64,000 nt of DNA from positions 5,966 to 69,965 of the forward strand of contig JAHEJL010000009.1 in the NCBI GenBank assembly GCA_024638885.1, in the 5' to 3' direction. The stretch is from Coraliomargarita sp. (lineage in GTDB: Bacteria > Verrucomicrobiota > Verrucomicrobiia > Opitutales > UBA953). The number at the start of each line of letters is the position of its first letter. Position 1 is the first letter of the stretch. The notes beneath the pieces were generated by a model. That model did not search any database, was not told the origin of the DNA, and saw only the letters and a list, made by a program, of their open reading frames with translations. Made by a program: the position numbers and the translations under genes. Positions 17,389-27,878 of the stretch are shown here, piece by piece.

Positions 17389-18243
17389 TTACTTGGTCAC
17401 ACCGCTGAGCGGGTGCTCGGTGACGACCTTCCAGGCGATTTCCTGCAGCAAGCGATTCAGCTTCTCGGCCTCAGGCAGTTTCGCAAGCTGGCTGACCACG
17501 GGCAGGCCGACGGGGCTGCGGCGGTAGATCACCGCATAGTGGCAATAGGCCGACAGGACGCGGATCTGGGGGCCCGGATGACCGAGCACATCCGTGAACA
17601 GTTCGTTCTGGGTCTTGATGCCCGGCGCCTCGCCACGGATGACCTTGTCGCGCAAGGCCAGCACGGCCTCGCCGCTGGGCACGATCGCGATCTTGGCCCC
17701 GGGAATCCCCGCGTTGAGTTCCCGCACGTGGTCTTCGATCAGCTTGAAGTAAGGATCATGCTTCGCGCGGAGCTGGGCCAGCGTCGCGGTGTCGCGGTCG
17801 ATCGACTTCGGGCGATCGCGCGAAAGCCAGAGCTGCGGGTCTTCGTAAGGCACCCAGTTCTGCTGCAGGGTGAAACGGATCTTGGGATTATGCTCCAGGC
17901 CGAGCTTCACGAAGTTCTCGATGCCGGCATCCGGCAGGAACGTCGGGGCCATCGTGAAGAGGTCGGCCTTGCCCGCCGCGAGGATCGGCTTCGCCTTGTT
18001 CTTCTCCGGAGGAAGATCCCAGTGCTGGATGACCTTCGAGCCGCCGATGGAGGAGATCGCGAGCTGCTCGTGGCCTTGGATGCCCGCGGCCTTGGCCATC
18101 TCGGCGACCAGCGGCGGCATCCACACATGGAAACTATGGCCGGCGGTCAGGACCTTGAGGCCGGCGGGCGGTGCCGACGGCTCGGCCGCGCGCAACGACA
18201 CGGACAGCGAGAGGACGAACAGCAGGAGCGTAGGGAGGCGCAT
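17389..18243 (-). CDS. Secreted SGNH-like hydrolase, divergent
   Basis: Signal peptide MRLPTLLLFVLSLSVSLRA. LTAGHSFHVW resembles block I and DVLGHPG resembles block V (DxxH). Confidence 0.5.
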   Translation of the reverse strand: MRLPTLLLFVLSLSVSLRAAEPSAPPAGLKVLTAGHSFHVWMPPLVAEMAKAAGIQGHEQLAISSIGGSKVIQHWDLPPEKNKAKPILAAGKADLFTMAPTFLPDAGIENFVKLGLEHNPKIRFTLQQNWVPYEDPQLWLSRDRPKSIDRDTATLAQLRAKHDPYFKLIEDHVRELNAGIPGAKIAIVPSGEAVLALRDKVIRGEAPGIKTQNELFTDVLGHPGPQIRVLSAYCHYAVIYRRSPVGLPVVSQLAKLPEAEKLNRLLQEIAWKVVTEHPLSGVTK

Positions 18244-18342
18244 GTCCCCATCCTTCCACCAACCCTCAAAGCGTCAACCCCGACCCCGCCGCGATGAACG
18301 GCCGGACCGGGGTTGTTGCAGGTCCCTGAGGACGAGGTCGGC

Positions 18343-19836
18343 TTACTTGCTCGAACGGTAAGGACCGGCCGGGAGACCGTCCTTGCCCGCGGAGAAGACG
18401 CTGACTTCCGGGAAATCGGCCCAGGCGTAACGGACTTCCTTGGGCTCCTTCACGCCGGCCGCCGAGACGGTGACCTGGGCGCCTTCGGCCTTCGCCTGCG
18501 CGAAGACCCACTTGCCGTCTGCGGCCAGCAGGCCGAAGCCCTTGCCTTCGTTGTTCAGGGTGACGGCACGGTCATAGGTGAGCACCCAGGCGTCGCCTTT
18601 GCGCTCGGACTTCACCACGCGAGGGGCTTCGCCATCGGTGCGGGTCTTGTAGACGCGCTGGAGGGCGACGGCGGCGAGGCGCTCGCCGACCGGCAGCTTG
18701 TTCTTCGGATGGATGTCCTTCTCGTCACCGAGGTCGATGTTCACGGTCATCATCGCGCCGGGCACGTTGTCGGCGATCCACTCCATGGATTCGCGGATCT
18801 TCGGCCAGTCGGCCTCCTGCACGGCCAGCTCGGGGTGGCGGGCCTTGAAGCGAGGCAGCTGGACGATGATGAAGGGGAATTCCTTACCCCAGGCCTTCTG
18901 CCAAGACTTGATCATCGAGCCGAGGACCCACTTGTAGGCCTCGGGCTGGCCGGCGTTGGATTCGCCCTGATACCAGAGGGCGCCGCGGACGGAGTAACCG
19001 ACGAACGGAGCGACCATGCCGTTCCAGTTCATGTGGGGTCCGTTGGACCAGACGGGAGCGAGCTTGCCCACGTCCTGCTTGAGCTTGGCGGCGACGGCCT
19101 TGTCCTTCTCGACCTTGAGGCGGGCCTGGATCTTCTCGACGGCGGCGGCGCGGGCCTTGATGGCCGCGGCTTCCTTGGCGTCGAAGTCCTTGGCGTCGGC
19201 GACGTCGGCGTACATGCCCTTCGGACCCCAGGCCTCGGCGCGGGTGCCACCGATCGAGGTGTGGATGATGCCGACCGGCTGCTTGAGGTTGGCGCGCAGT
19301 TCGCGGCCGAAGTAGAAACCCGCGGCGGTGAACCATTCGACGGTGTCCGGAGCGGCCAGCTTCCAGGAACCCTGCACGTCATCGGCCGGCTCGGCCTTCG
19401 GCGTGCGGGCGACGGTGAAGACACGCAGGCCGGCGTCGGCCGGACGGGACTTCGCTTCGTCGGCGGTGGTGGTGTTCTTGACGACCCACTCCATGTTCGA
19501 CTGGCCCGAACCGATCCAGACTTCGCCGACGATCACGTCGTGCGCGGTGAAGGTCTCTTCGCCGGAGCTGACCACGAGGTCCTGGCCCTGCTCGGTCGGC
19601 TTGAGTCCGCCGAGCGTGACGCTCCACTTGCCATCGTTGCCGGCGGTCGCGGCAGCTTCGGCGGCGCCGAGCTTCACGCTGACCTTCGCGCCCGGGTGGG
19701 CCTTGCCGAAGACGGCCGCCTCGCCGGCCTGGAGCACGGCGTGATCGGAGAACAGGGAGACCAGCTTGAGCTCACCGGCGGAGACGACCGCGGAAAAGCA
19801 AAGCACGAGGGTAGCGAGGCGGGGTAGCATGCCCAT
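18343..19836 (-). CDS. Sialate O-acetylesterase-like carbohydrate esterase (SASA/DUF303)
   Basis: Signal peptide MGMLPRLATLVLCFSAVVSA and the GEVWIGSGQSNMEW motif. The listed ORF continues to 20565 only as an antisense artefact; a real start at ATG 19836 or 19830 is more likely. Confidence 0.8.
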   Translation of the reverse strand: MGMLPRLATLVLCFSAVVSAGELKLVSLFSDHAVLQAGEAAVFGKAHPGAKVSVKLGAAEAAATAGNDGKWSVTLGGLKPTEQGQDLVVSSGEETFTAHDVIVGEVWIGSGQSNMEWVVKNTTTADEAKSRPADAGLRVFTVARTPKAEPADDVQGSWKLAAPDTVEWFTAAGFYFGRELRANLKQPVGIIHTSIGGTRAEAWGPKGMYADVADAKDFDAKEAAAIKARAAAVEKIQARLKVEKDKAVAAKLKQDVGKLAPVWSNGPHMNWNGMVAPFVGYSVRGALWYQGESNAGQPEAYKWVLGSMIKSWQKAWGKEFPFIIVQLPRFKARHPELAVQEADWPKIRESMEWIADNVPGAMMTVNIDLGDEKDIHPKNKLPVGERLAAVALQRVYKTRTDGEAPRVVKSERKGDAWVLTYDRAVTLNNEGKGFGLLAADGKWVFAQAKAEGAQVTVSAAGVKEPKEVRYAWADFPEVSVFSAGKDGLPAGPYRSSK

Positions 19837-19911
19837 AGGACACGGGAAAGGCCCCCGGGTTGCCAAGCCCGAAGGATTCGCAGGCCAGACGAAACTAAGC
19901 CCCCATACCGC

Positions 19912-19920
19912 TGTTATAAT
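19912..19920 (+). promoter_or_regulatory. Extended -10 promoter element TGTTATAAT
   Basis: TG-n-TATAAT ends 9 nt before the ATG at 19930, implying a leaderless or very short-leader mRNA. No good -35 element. Confidence 0.4.
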
Positions 19921-19929
19921 GACACACCC

Positions 19930-20628
19930 ATGAAACACCTCCCCCTGCTCCTCCTCGCCGCGACCCTCGGCTTCGCGGCCGATGACGTCCAGCGCCCCCT
20001 GGGCCGCCCCGACCAAGCGCCCGGCGCCCCGCGCCCCGAAGGCCGGCCCAACAGCCGTCTGCCCATCAAGCTGTCGCCCGAGGAACAGAAGCGCCTCCAT
20101 GAGGCCATGGAGAAAGCCAAGCAGGACCCGGCGGTGAAGGAAGCCCACGAGCAGGCCGCCAAGGCCCAGCAGGCCGCGATGGAAGCTCAGAAGAAGGCCC
20201 GCGAAATCACGGACGACGCCGCCCGCAAGGCCGACCCCGAAGTCGCCCCCATCCTCGAGAAACTCCGCAAAGCGATGGAGCCGCCGCGCGGCGAACAGCC
20301 GAACCGCCAGCCCAACCCCGAAGGTCCCCGCACCCGCGAAGGCGGCGAGCGTCCCCAGCCCAATAACCGAGGCGCCCAGTTTCCCGGCCTGACGCCCGAC
20401 GAGCAGCAGCGCGTCCGCGAAGCCCTGGCGAAGGCCAATGCCGAGCCCGCGGTCCGCGAAGCCCGCGAGGCCGCCGCCGCGGCCCAGCGCAAGGCGATCG
20501 AGATCACGGAAGACGCCGCCCGCAAGGCCGACCCTTCCGTCGCTCCGTTGCTGGAGAAGATGCATAAGGCCGGCGAAGCCCGTCGCGCCGAAGGCGAAGG
20601 TCAGCGCGGTCGCAAGCAGCCCGAATAA
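19930..20628 (+). CDS. Secreted Spy/CpxP/ZraP-like protein with two LTxxQ-type repeats
   Basis: Signal peptide MKHLPLLLLAATLGFAA. There are two ~65-aa repeats starting LSPEEQKRLHEAMEKAK and LTPDEQQRVREALAKAN, both ending ...DAARKADP(E/S)VAP(I/L)LEK. Confidence 0.5.
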   Translation: MKHLPLLLLAATLGFAADDVQRPLGRPDQAPGAPRPEGRPNSRLPIKLSPEEQKRLHEAMEKAKQDPAVKEAHEQAAKAQQAAMEAQKKAREITDDAARKADPEVAPILEKLRKAMEPPRGEQPNRQPNPEGPRTREGGERPQPNNRGAQFPGLTPDEQQRVREALAKANAEPAVREAREAAAAAQRKAIEITEDAARKADPSVAPLLEKMHKAGEARRAEGEGQRGRKQPE

Positions 20629-20650
20629 GCACGGATTCGTCCGTATCGAC

Positions 20651-20679
20651 GGCCGGCCTGCGGGCCGGCCTTTTTATTT
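20651..20679 (+). terminator. Intrinsic terminator
   Basis: GGCCGGCC-TGCG-GGCCGGCC hairpin followed by TTTTTATTT. Confidence 0.8.
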
Positions 20680-20718
20680 CCCATTACGAAGGCACGCCCC
20701 ATATTCCGCCTCCACCCC

Positions 20719-22811
20719 ATGCGCCTCCCCACGCTTGTCCTGGCCGCGTTCGGCCTGCTGAACTTCGCCTCCGCGGAAGACGCCCGCCTCGGCCCGCTCA
20801 AGGACCTCAACGGCACCTTCCCCTTCCCTGCTCCGAAATCGGTCCAAGAGTGGGAACCGCGCCGCGACTTCGTCCAGCGCCAGTTGCGCGTCTCCCAAGG
20901 GCTCTGGCCGATGCCGACCAAGACCCCGCTCAACGCGGTCATCCACGGCCAGATCGACCAAGGCGACTACACGATCGAGAAGGCTTACTTCGAAAGCGCC
21001 CCGGGCTTCTTCGTGACCGGCAATCTCTATCGGCCGAAGCACGTCAGCGGCAAGGTGCCGGCGGTGATCTTCCCGCACGGACATTGGACGGACGCGCGTT
21101 TCCTCATCCAGCCTGACAAATACGTCCGCGAGGAGATCGCGACCGGCCAGGAACGCTTCGAGCAAGGCGGCAAGTCGCGCTTCCAGTCGATGTGCGTCCA
21201 GCTCGCGCGCATGGGCTGCGTCGTCTGGCAGCTCGATGCGCTCAGCGACTCGGACTCCAAGCAGCTCGGCCCGGAAATCGTCCATAAGTTCGCCAAGCAG
21301 CGTCCGGAGATGAACCGCACCGAAGGCTGGGGACTCTATAGCCCGCAGGCCGAAGCCAACCTGCAGAGCGTGATGGGCCTGCAGACGCTGAATTCGATCC
21401 GCAGCGTGGACTTCCTGCTGACGTTGCCCGAGGTCGACCCGACCCGCCTGGCCGTCACGGGCTCCAGCGGAGGCGGCACCCAGACGATGCTGCTCGCGGC
21501 GACCGACCCGCGCGTCGCCCTCTCCTACCCGGTGGTGATGGTGAGCACTTCCATGCAAGGCGGCTGCACCTGCGAGAACGCCACCCTGCTGCGCGTAAAT
21601 TCGGGTAACGTCGAGATCGCCGCCCTCTTCGCGCCGAAGCCGCAAGGGATGAACACCGCGAACGACTGGACGAAGGAGATGGCCACGAAGGGCTTCCCCG
21701 ACCTGCAGGCCCTGTATAAGCTCTACGGCAAGAAGGACAACGTGACGCTCCAGCGCGGCGAACACTTCCCGCACAACTACAACGCGGTCACCCGCTCCGG
21801 TTTCTATGCCGTCCTGAACAAGCATTTCAAACTAGGTTTCGAAACCCCGATCATCGAACGCGACTACCAGCCCCTGCCTAAGGAGAAGCTGACCGTCTGG
21901 GACGAATCCCATCCCGCGCCGAAGGCCGGCGACCCCGAGTTCGAACGCAACCTGCTGAGGTGGCTGAAGTCCGACGCCCAGCAACAGCTGCTCGCCGCAG
22001 CCAAGACCACCGAAGGCCGCGAACAGATTCTGCGACCGGCCATCGAGGCGCTCATCGGCCGTCCGTACTCCCACGCCGGCAAGATCACCTTCCCCGATGC
22101 GAGCACGCAGTGGCGGGACTCCCATTTCCGCACGCAGGGCAAGCTCGTGAACGCGACCTACGGCGAGGAAGTGACCATCGACTGGCTGCAGCCGATCAAC
22201 CCCACGGGCGAAGTGGTCGTATGGCTCGATGACGCCGGCAAGGGGTCGGCCCGGCTTGCGGACGGCAGCATCCGCCCCGAACTGCAGGCGCTCATCGACC
22301 GCGGTATCGGCGTCCTGACCGCCGACCTCTTCCTGCAGGACGACAAGTCGCTGAAGCAGACGCGTGTCGTCGCCAACCCCCGCGAAGTCCCGGCCTACAC
22401 CTTCGGCTATAACCACGCCCTCTTCGCCCAGCGCGTGCATGACGTGATGACCATCACGAGCTACCTGCTGACCCCGCGCGACGCGTCGCAACCCGCCGTG
22501 AAGAAGGTGTCTCTCGCCGGCTTCGGCCAGATGGGCGCCGTCGCCGCCGCCGCGCGCGCCGCCACGGGCAACGCCATCGCCAAGGCCGCGATCGACACGC
22601 AAGGCTTCCGCTTCGGCCAGCTCCTCGATTACCGCCACCCGATGTTCCTGCCGGGCGGCGCCAAGTATCTCGACGTGCCTGGCCTGCTCTGCGTGGCCTC
22701 CGCCAGCCCGCTCTGGGTCGCCGGCGAGACCGACGCCACGCTCTTCCCGTCCGCCCGGCGTGCCGAGGCCGGGATTGACTCCAAGACCGCCGCCGCCACT
22801 TGGCTTCTCCG

Positions 22812-22815
<4 letters not shown>
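20719..22815 (+). CDS. Secreted alpha/beta hydrolase, acetylxylan-esterase-like, with a second degenerate alpha/beta-like half (698 aa)
   Basis: Signal peptide MRLPTLVLAAFGLLNFASA. AVIFPHGHW and VTGSSGGG (GxSxG) lie in the first half. The second half has SLAGFGQMG where a nucleophile elbow would sit. Confidence 0.7.
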
Positions 22816-23924
<1,109 letters not shown>

Positions 23925-23930
23925 GCAGAC

Positions 23931-25517
23931 TCAACGCAGACCCCACGCCTTCTCCAATACGGGCACGACGCCAGGATCCTTGGCCTTCAGCTCGGCGCGA
24001 TCGAAGGGCTCCATGTCGTTCCGGTCGAAATAGGATTCGGTGCACTCCGCGAAATACTCCATCTGGTTGGTCAGCGCATAGGCCTTGGACGGCTTGTCCG
24101 CGAACTTCTCGCCGGTCCATCGCTTCACCGCATCATAGGTCCCGGCCGCCTTCGCCTGGCGGTAGGCGCCCAAAATCTCCGGATTCTGGAAACCGCCCGG
24201 GACGACCTGGTCGTGATAGGCATGGGCGAGTTCATGGAGCACGAAGACCGGCATGCGCTTCGTCTCCGGCTCGAATCGTTCGACGTTCGTGAACTCGACC
24301 GCCTTCGCCAAGGCGATCTCGCGGCCGGCCTGCTTCACCCACTCCAGTCCGCCATGGTATTCGGCGGTGGGTCGACGTTCAGGATAAGGCAGCGTGAAAT
24401 TGAGCGGTACCTTCTTGAGCTCCGCGGCGGCCTTCGCCGGCAGAAGACGGACGACCTTCTCCAGATGCTTGTCGAGCAGGCCGACGGCCTTCTCCACGGC
24501 GACGGCGTCCTTGGCGATCAGCCGTTCGTCGATGCGCAGCGTCCAGCCGCGGAGCTCGCGCACCTGGCGGTCACGGCCCGCCATCTGCACGGCGGCCTTA
24601 CCCAAGGCGTCGCCGACGAGGAAATAGGTCTCGGCGTTGCCGAACTCATGATGACCGTGGCCGGGGTTCGGCGAATCCTCCGCCTTGCGCACGAAAGCAT
24701 GCGTCGGGACGAAGATCACGTTGTCCTTGAATTCTGGGCGGTTCGCGACCGCCGCCTGCGCCTTGCGGAGCGCCGTCCATTCCTTCGGCGCCTCGACCCA
24801 GGGTCCGGTCAATTCGCCCACGACGACGGGCAGCCTGGGCGCGCCGAACTCCTTGCGGACATCCTGGATGAGGTGCACGAGGTTCTGCTCATACTCCGGC
24901 AACGCGGTCTTGGGATTCACACCGTCGTTCCAGCCCTGATACCAGACGAAGCCGGCGAGCTCGACGGGCGCGCCGTCATAGTCCGGGAAATCCTTCTTCA
25001 GGTTCGCCAAGGCCTCGCGTACTTCGGCGACCATCTTGAGATAATACGGACCGACCTCGCCCCCGGCGCTGGGCGGACGGAAATCGCGGTAGAGGCTTTT
25101 ACCACCCCAAGCGGCCTTGATGATCAGGACCTGATCGCGGTAAGCGTCGCCGACGACGTGGCCGAACTGGAACTCGGGACCGAAGTGGTGCTTACCGCCA
25201 TAGACGGCGTAGCCGACCGATAACCCGCCGGCCAGCAACGGTTGCTTCTCGCGCTGATAGCGGACCCAGACGTCTTTCCGCACGACCCAGCTGCCGTCCT
25301 TGTCTCGCAGGTGAGCATAGCGCTCCGCGTTGCCCGGCCGGGACATCACCTCGACCAGGGTGCCCTTCCCTTCGTTGTAGTTGCGGCCGGTGAGATCGAC
25401 GACCGCCTGCCCCTCCATGTTGGACTGACCGGCCAGGATGAAGACCTTGAGCTTCCGGGCCGGCTCGGCGGCCAGGCAAAGGACGGACCAGCAGAGCAAG
25501 ATCGGGGCGAATCTCAT
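23931..25517 (-). CDS. Fusion protein: SASA/DUF303 acetylesterase domain + C-terminal HExxH metallopeptidase-like domain
   Basis: Signal peptide. VFILAGQSNMEGQ and WYQGWNDG (SASA) are in the N-terminal ~300 aa. VLHELAHAYH ... QMEYFAECTESYF is in the C-terminal ~200 aa. Confidence 0.75.
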   Translation of the reverse strand: MRFAPILLCWSVLCLAAEPARKLKVFILAGQSNMEGQAVVDLTGRNYNEGKGTLVEVMSRPGNAERYAHLRDKDGSWVVRKDVWVRYQREKQPLLAGGLSVGYAVYGGKHHFGPEFQFGHVVGDAYRDQVLIIKAAWGGKSLYRDFRPPSAGGEVGPYYLKMVAEVREALANLKKDFPDYDGAPVELAGFVWYQGWNDGVNPKTALPEYEQNLVHLIQDVRKEFGAPRLPVVVGELTGPWVEAPKEWTALRKAQAAVANRPEFKDNVIFVPTHAFVRKAEDSPNPGHGHHEFGNAETYFLVGDALGKAAVQMAGRDRQVRELRGWTLRIDERLIAKDAVAVEKAVGLLDKHLEKVVRLLPAKAAAELKKVPLNFTLPYPERRPTAEYHGGLEWVKQAGREIALAKAVEFTNVERFEPETKRMPVFVLHELAHAYHDQVVPGGFQNPEILGAYRQAKAAGTYDAVKRWTGEKFADKPSKAYALTNQMEYFAECTESYFDRNDMEPFDRAELKAKDPGVVPVLEKAWGLR

Positions 25518-25575
25518 GGCCTTGTTATCCGCCCATCACCCGCCACCCGCAAGCCCATCCCCTCTTTCCGGGTCA

Positions 25576-25611
25576 ATTCAGACCTCGATTCAGGCCTCGA
25601 TTCAGCCATCA
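25576..25611. repeat. Three direct repeats with 12-bp period (ATTCAGaCCTCG / ATTCAGgCCTCG / ATTCAGCCATCA)
   Basis: ATTCAG occurs at 25576, 25588 and 25600, in the divergent intergenic region between 25517(-) and 25634(+). Confidence 0.7.
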
Positions 25612-25633
25612 ATGCAGCCCTCCTCTCCGCACC

Positions 25634-26506
25634 ATGTCCACCGCCCCCTTCCCCCTTTCCGGCCTGGCCGACGAAGCCGCCGATGACATCGACGGCCAGA
25701 TCGCCGCGCACCGGGCCCTCGGATGGACGGCGATCGAACTGCGCCTGCTGCACGGCAAGCAGTTCTCCGGCCCGGCCGTGAGCGACGACGAGTTCAAGGC
25801 CGCCGTCGATAAGCTCGAAGCCGCCGGCATGCGCGTCAGCAGCTACGCCTCGGCGATCGGCAACTGGAGCCGGCCCATCACGGGCGACTTCGCCACCGAC
25901 CTCGCCGACCTCAAGGTGCTCATCCCGCGCATGCAGCGCACCCGCACGAAGTTCGTCCGCACGATGAGCTGGGTCCGCGGCGACGTCTCCGAAGACGCCT
26001 GGCGCGACGAGGGTGTCCGCCGCTACAAGGAGATGGCCAAGCTCGCCGCCGACGGCGGCATCACCCTGCTGCACGAGAATTGCGAAGGCTGGGGCGGCCT
26101 CTCGGGCACGCACGCCCGCCGCTTCATCGAAAGCGTCGACCACCCGAGCGTCCGCTACCTCTTCGACATCGGCAACACCGTGTCCTACGGCCAGGAGACG
26201 ATGCCGTTCTACCGCGAGATCCTGCCCTACGTGGAATACGTCCACATCAAGGACTGCCGCCGCAACCCGGCCGGCGGCAAGAGCAGCGCGTTCACCTACG
26301 CCGGCGAGGGCGACGCCCTCGTCCGCGAGATCCTCACCGACCTGATCGGCAAGGGCTACAAGGCCGGCGTCTCCATCGAGCCGCACGTCGCCAGCATCGT
26401 CCACCTCGGCGAAGGCACCAAGGCCTCGCCGCAGGAGCGCTTCGATTCTTACGTGCGCTACGGCCGGGGCCTCGAGAAGCTCCTGGCGGAAATCACCTCC
26501 CGCTGA
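25634..26506 (+). CDS. Sugar phosphate isomerase/epimerase family protein (xylose-isomerase-like TIM barrel)
   Basis: 290 aa. LHENCEGW, YLFDIGN and YVHIKD blocks are typical of the AP_endonuc_2/TIM-barrel family. Confidence 0.7.
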   Translation: MSTAPFPLSGLADEAADDIDGQIAAHRALGWTAIELRLLHGKQFSGPAVSDDEFKAAVDKLEAAGMRVSSYASAIGNWSRPITGDFATDLADLKVLIPRMQRTRTKFVRTMSWVRGDVSEDAWRDEGVRRYKEMAKLAADGGITLLHENCEGWGGLSGTHARRFIESVDHPSVRYLFDIGNTVSYGQETMPFYREILPYVEYVHIKDCRRNPAGGKSSAFTYAGEGDALVREILTDLIGKGYKAGVSIEPHVASIVHLGEGTKASPQERFDSYVRYGRGLEKLLAEITSR

Positions 26507-26555
26507 ACGGCACAATTGGCTGGCGCTCCCGCCCCCGCCCCTCATCCCTTTTCGC

Positions 26556-27017
26556 ATGTCTTCCGAACCGACTCCTCCCTTCGACGGCCCCCAGCTGGGC
26601 GACACCGTCGACGGCCTCACGCTCATCGCGGTCGGCATCCGGGACACCTTCACCGAAGTCCTGCCGGCCCATCGCGAGGCCTTCACGCTGCTCAACGAAT
26701 GGATGAGCGGCATCCGCCTCTATGAGCTCGAGGACGCCCTCGACCTTGACGCGAACTTCTGGGACGAGCTCCTCGACTGCGACTACGAGGTCGGCGAAGG
26801 CGAGATCGACGGCGACCAGCCCGGCGAGATGGTGACCATCTACGACGTCTGGGCCGACGAAAAGGGCGCCGATGCCTGCCTCGACAAGCTCTGCGCGCGC
26901 CTCGAGGAACTGAAGGCCATGGCGACCGACCTGCTGCCGCCCGGCCTGCACAACGCCGCGAAGTCGCACCAGTCGCCGACCGAGACGCTCAAGCTGATCG
27001 CGCAGCTGGCCGACTGA
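26556..27017 (+). CDS. Hypothetical acidic protein (153 aa)
   Basis: Good GC3 bias, very acidic (runs of D/E), no recognisable motif. Confidence 0.55.
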   Translation: MSSEPTPPFDGPQLGDTVDGLTLIAVGIRDTFTEVLPAHREAFTLLNEWMSGIRLYELEDALDLDANFWDELLDCDYEVGEGEIDGDQPGEMVTIYDVWADEKGADACLDKLCARLEELKAMATDLLPPGLHNAAKSHQSPTETLKLIAQLAD

Positions 27018-27782
27018 TCACTTCTTGGCCGGCTTCATCGCCGCCAGGATGGCTTCCTTGTGCTTCGGCCATTCGGGATTGGCCATGCCTTCCCAGATCC
27101 GCAGGTTGCGGAAACTCGCGTCGACGCCCACCCCGAGCATCACGCTCTGCTTGGGCTTGGCGAAGAGAGGGTGCGACGTCGTCGTGCTCTTGCCGGCGAC
27201 GGTCGCCACGGCCTCCTGACCGCGGATCTCCAGCACCGCGACATACCATTCTCCCAGCTTCAGCGACTGCGGCACGCCCACCGGCGGCTCCTTGTCACGC
27301 TGCCTGTTGGCAGGATTGATGCGCTCGGCGGAGTAGGCGGTTAGGTTGCTGCCGGACTGGCTGATGAACAGCGCCGTGACATAGTCTTTCTCGTCCGTCG
27401 CCTTGACGAAGACCGAACGATATTTGCGCCCTTCGAGCGGGACGTCGTTCAGGCGGAATTCCACCTGGATGACCGCATCCTGATAAGGCAGGCCGAAGGA
27501 GGCCGTCGCCGGATGATTGGCCGCCGGGCCTTCCATGCCACGGAAAGCGCCGTCAGCGATGTTCCAGCTGCCCGACCGACCACTGTTGGCGACCGTGCTG
27601 AACCTCCACCCCGCGAATCCGCTGGCGAAGCCCTTGGGCTTGTCAGCGCTGAGCGCCGGCAACGTCGTGAGATCCTGGCGGGCGAGCTCCTTGCCACGCA
27701 GGGTCAGGAAGGTCGGAGGCATTTCCTCGGCGAGCAATGCGGATCGCAAGCCGATCAACAAGAGGAGGATGACGGGGCGCAT
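27018..27782 (-). CDS. Secreted DUF1080 (3-keto-disaccharide hydrolase-like, concanavalin-type) protein
   Basis: Signal peptide MRPVILLLLIGLRSALLA. W...SGSWNIADGAF near the N-terminus and FRNLRIWE near the C-terminus fit the DUF1080 pattern. Confidence 0.55.
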   Translation of the reverse strand: MRPVILLLLIGLRSALLAEEMPPTFLTLRGKELARQDLTTLPALSADKPKGFASGFAGWRFSTVANSGRSGSWNIADGAFRGMEGPAANHPATASFGLPYQDAVIQVEFRLNDVPLEGRKYRSVFVKATDEKDYVTALFISQSGSNLTAYSAERINPANRQRDKEPPVGVPQSLKLGEWYVAVLEIRGQEAVATVAGKSTTTSHPLFAKPKQSVMLGVGVDASFRNLRIWEGMANPEWPKHKEAILAAMKPAKK

Positions 27783-27878
27783 GGAGCCAGCCTGCCCCCG
27801 GCGGACCGCCTGTAAACACTAAGACACAAAGCTTAATTCGGATCGCAACTCCCCCGCAGAAGAGGGGTTATTCAAGGC

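Noticed and set aside
19837-20565. N-terminal 240-aa extension of the listed 18343..20565 ORF
   Set aside because: A canonical signal peptide starts at ATG 19836. The extension is antisense to the well-formed Spy-like gene 19930-20628.
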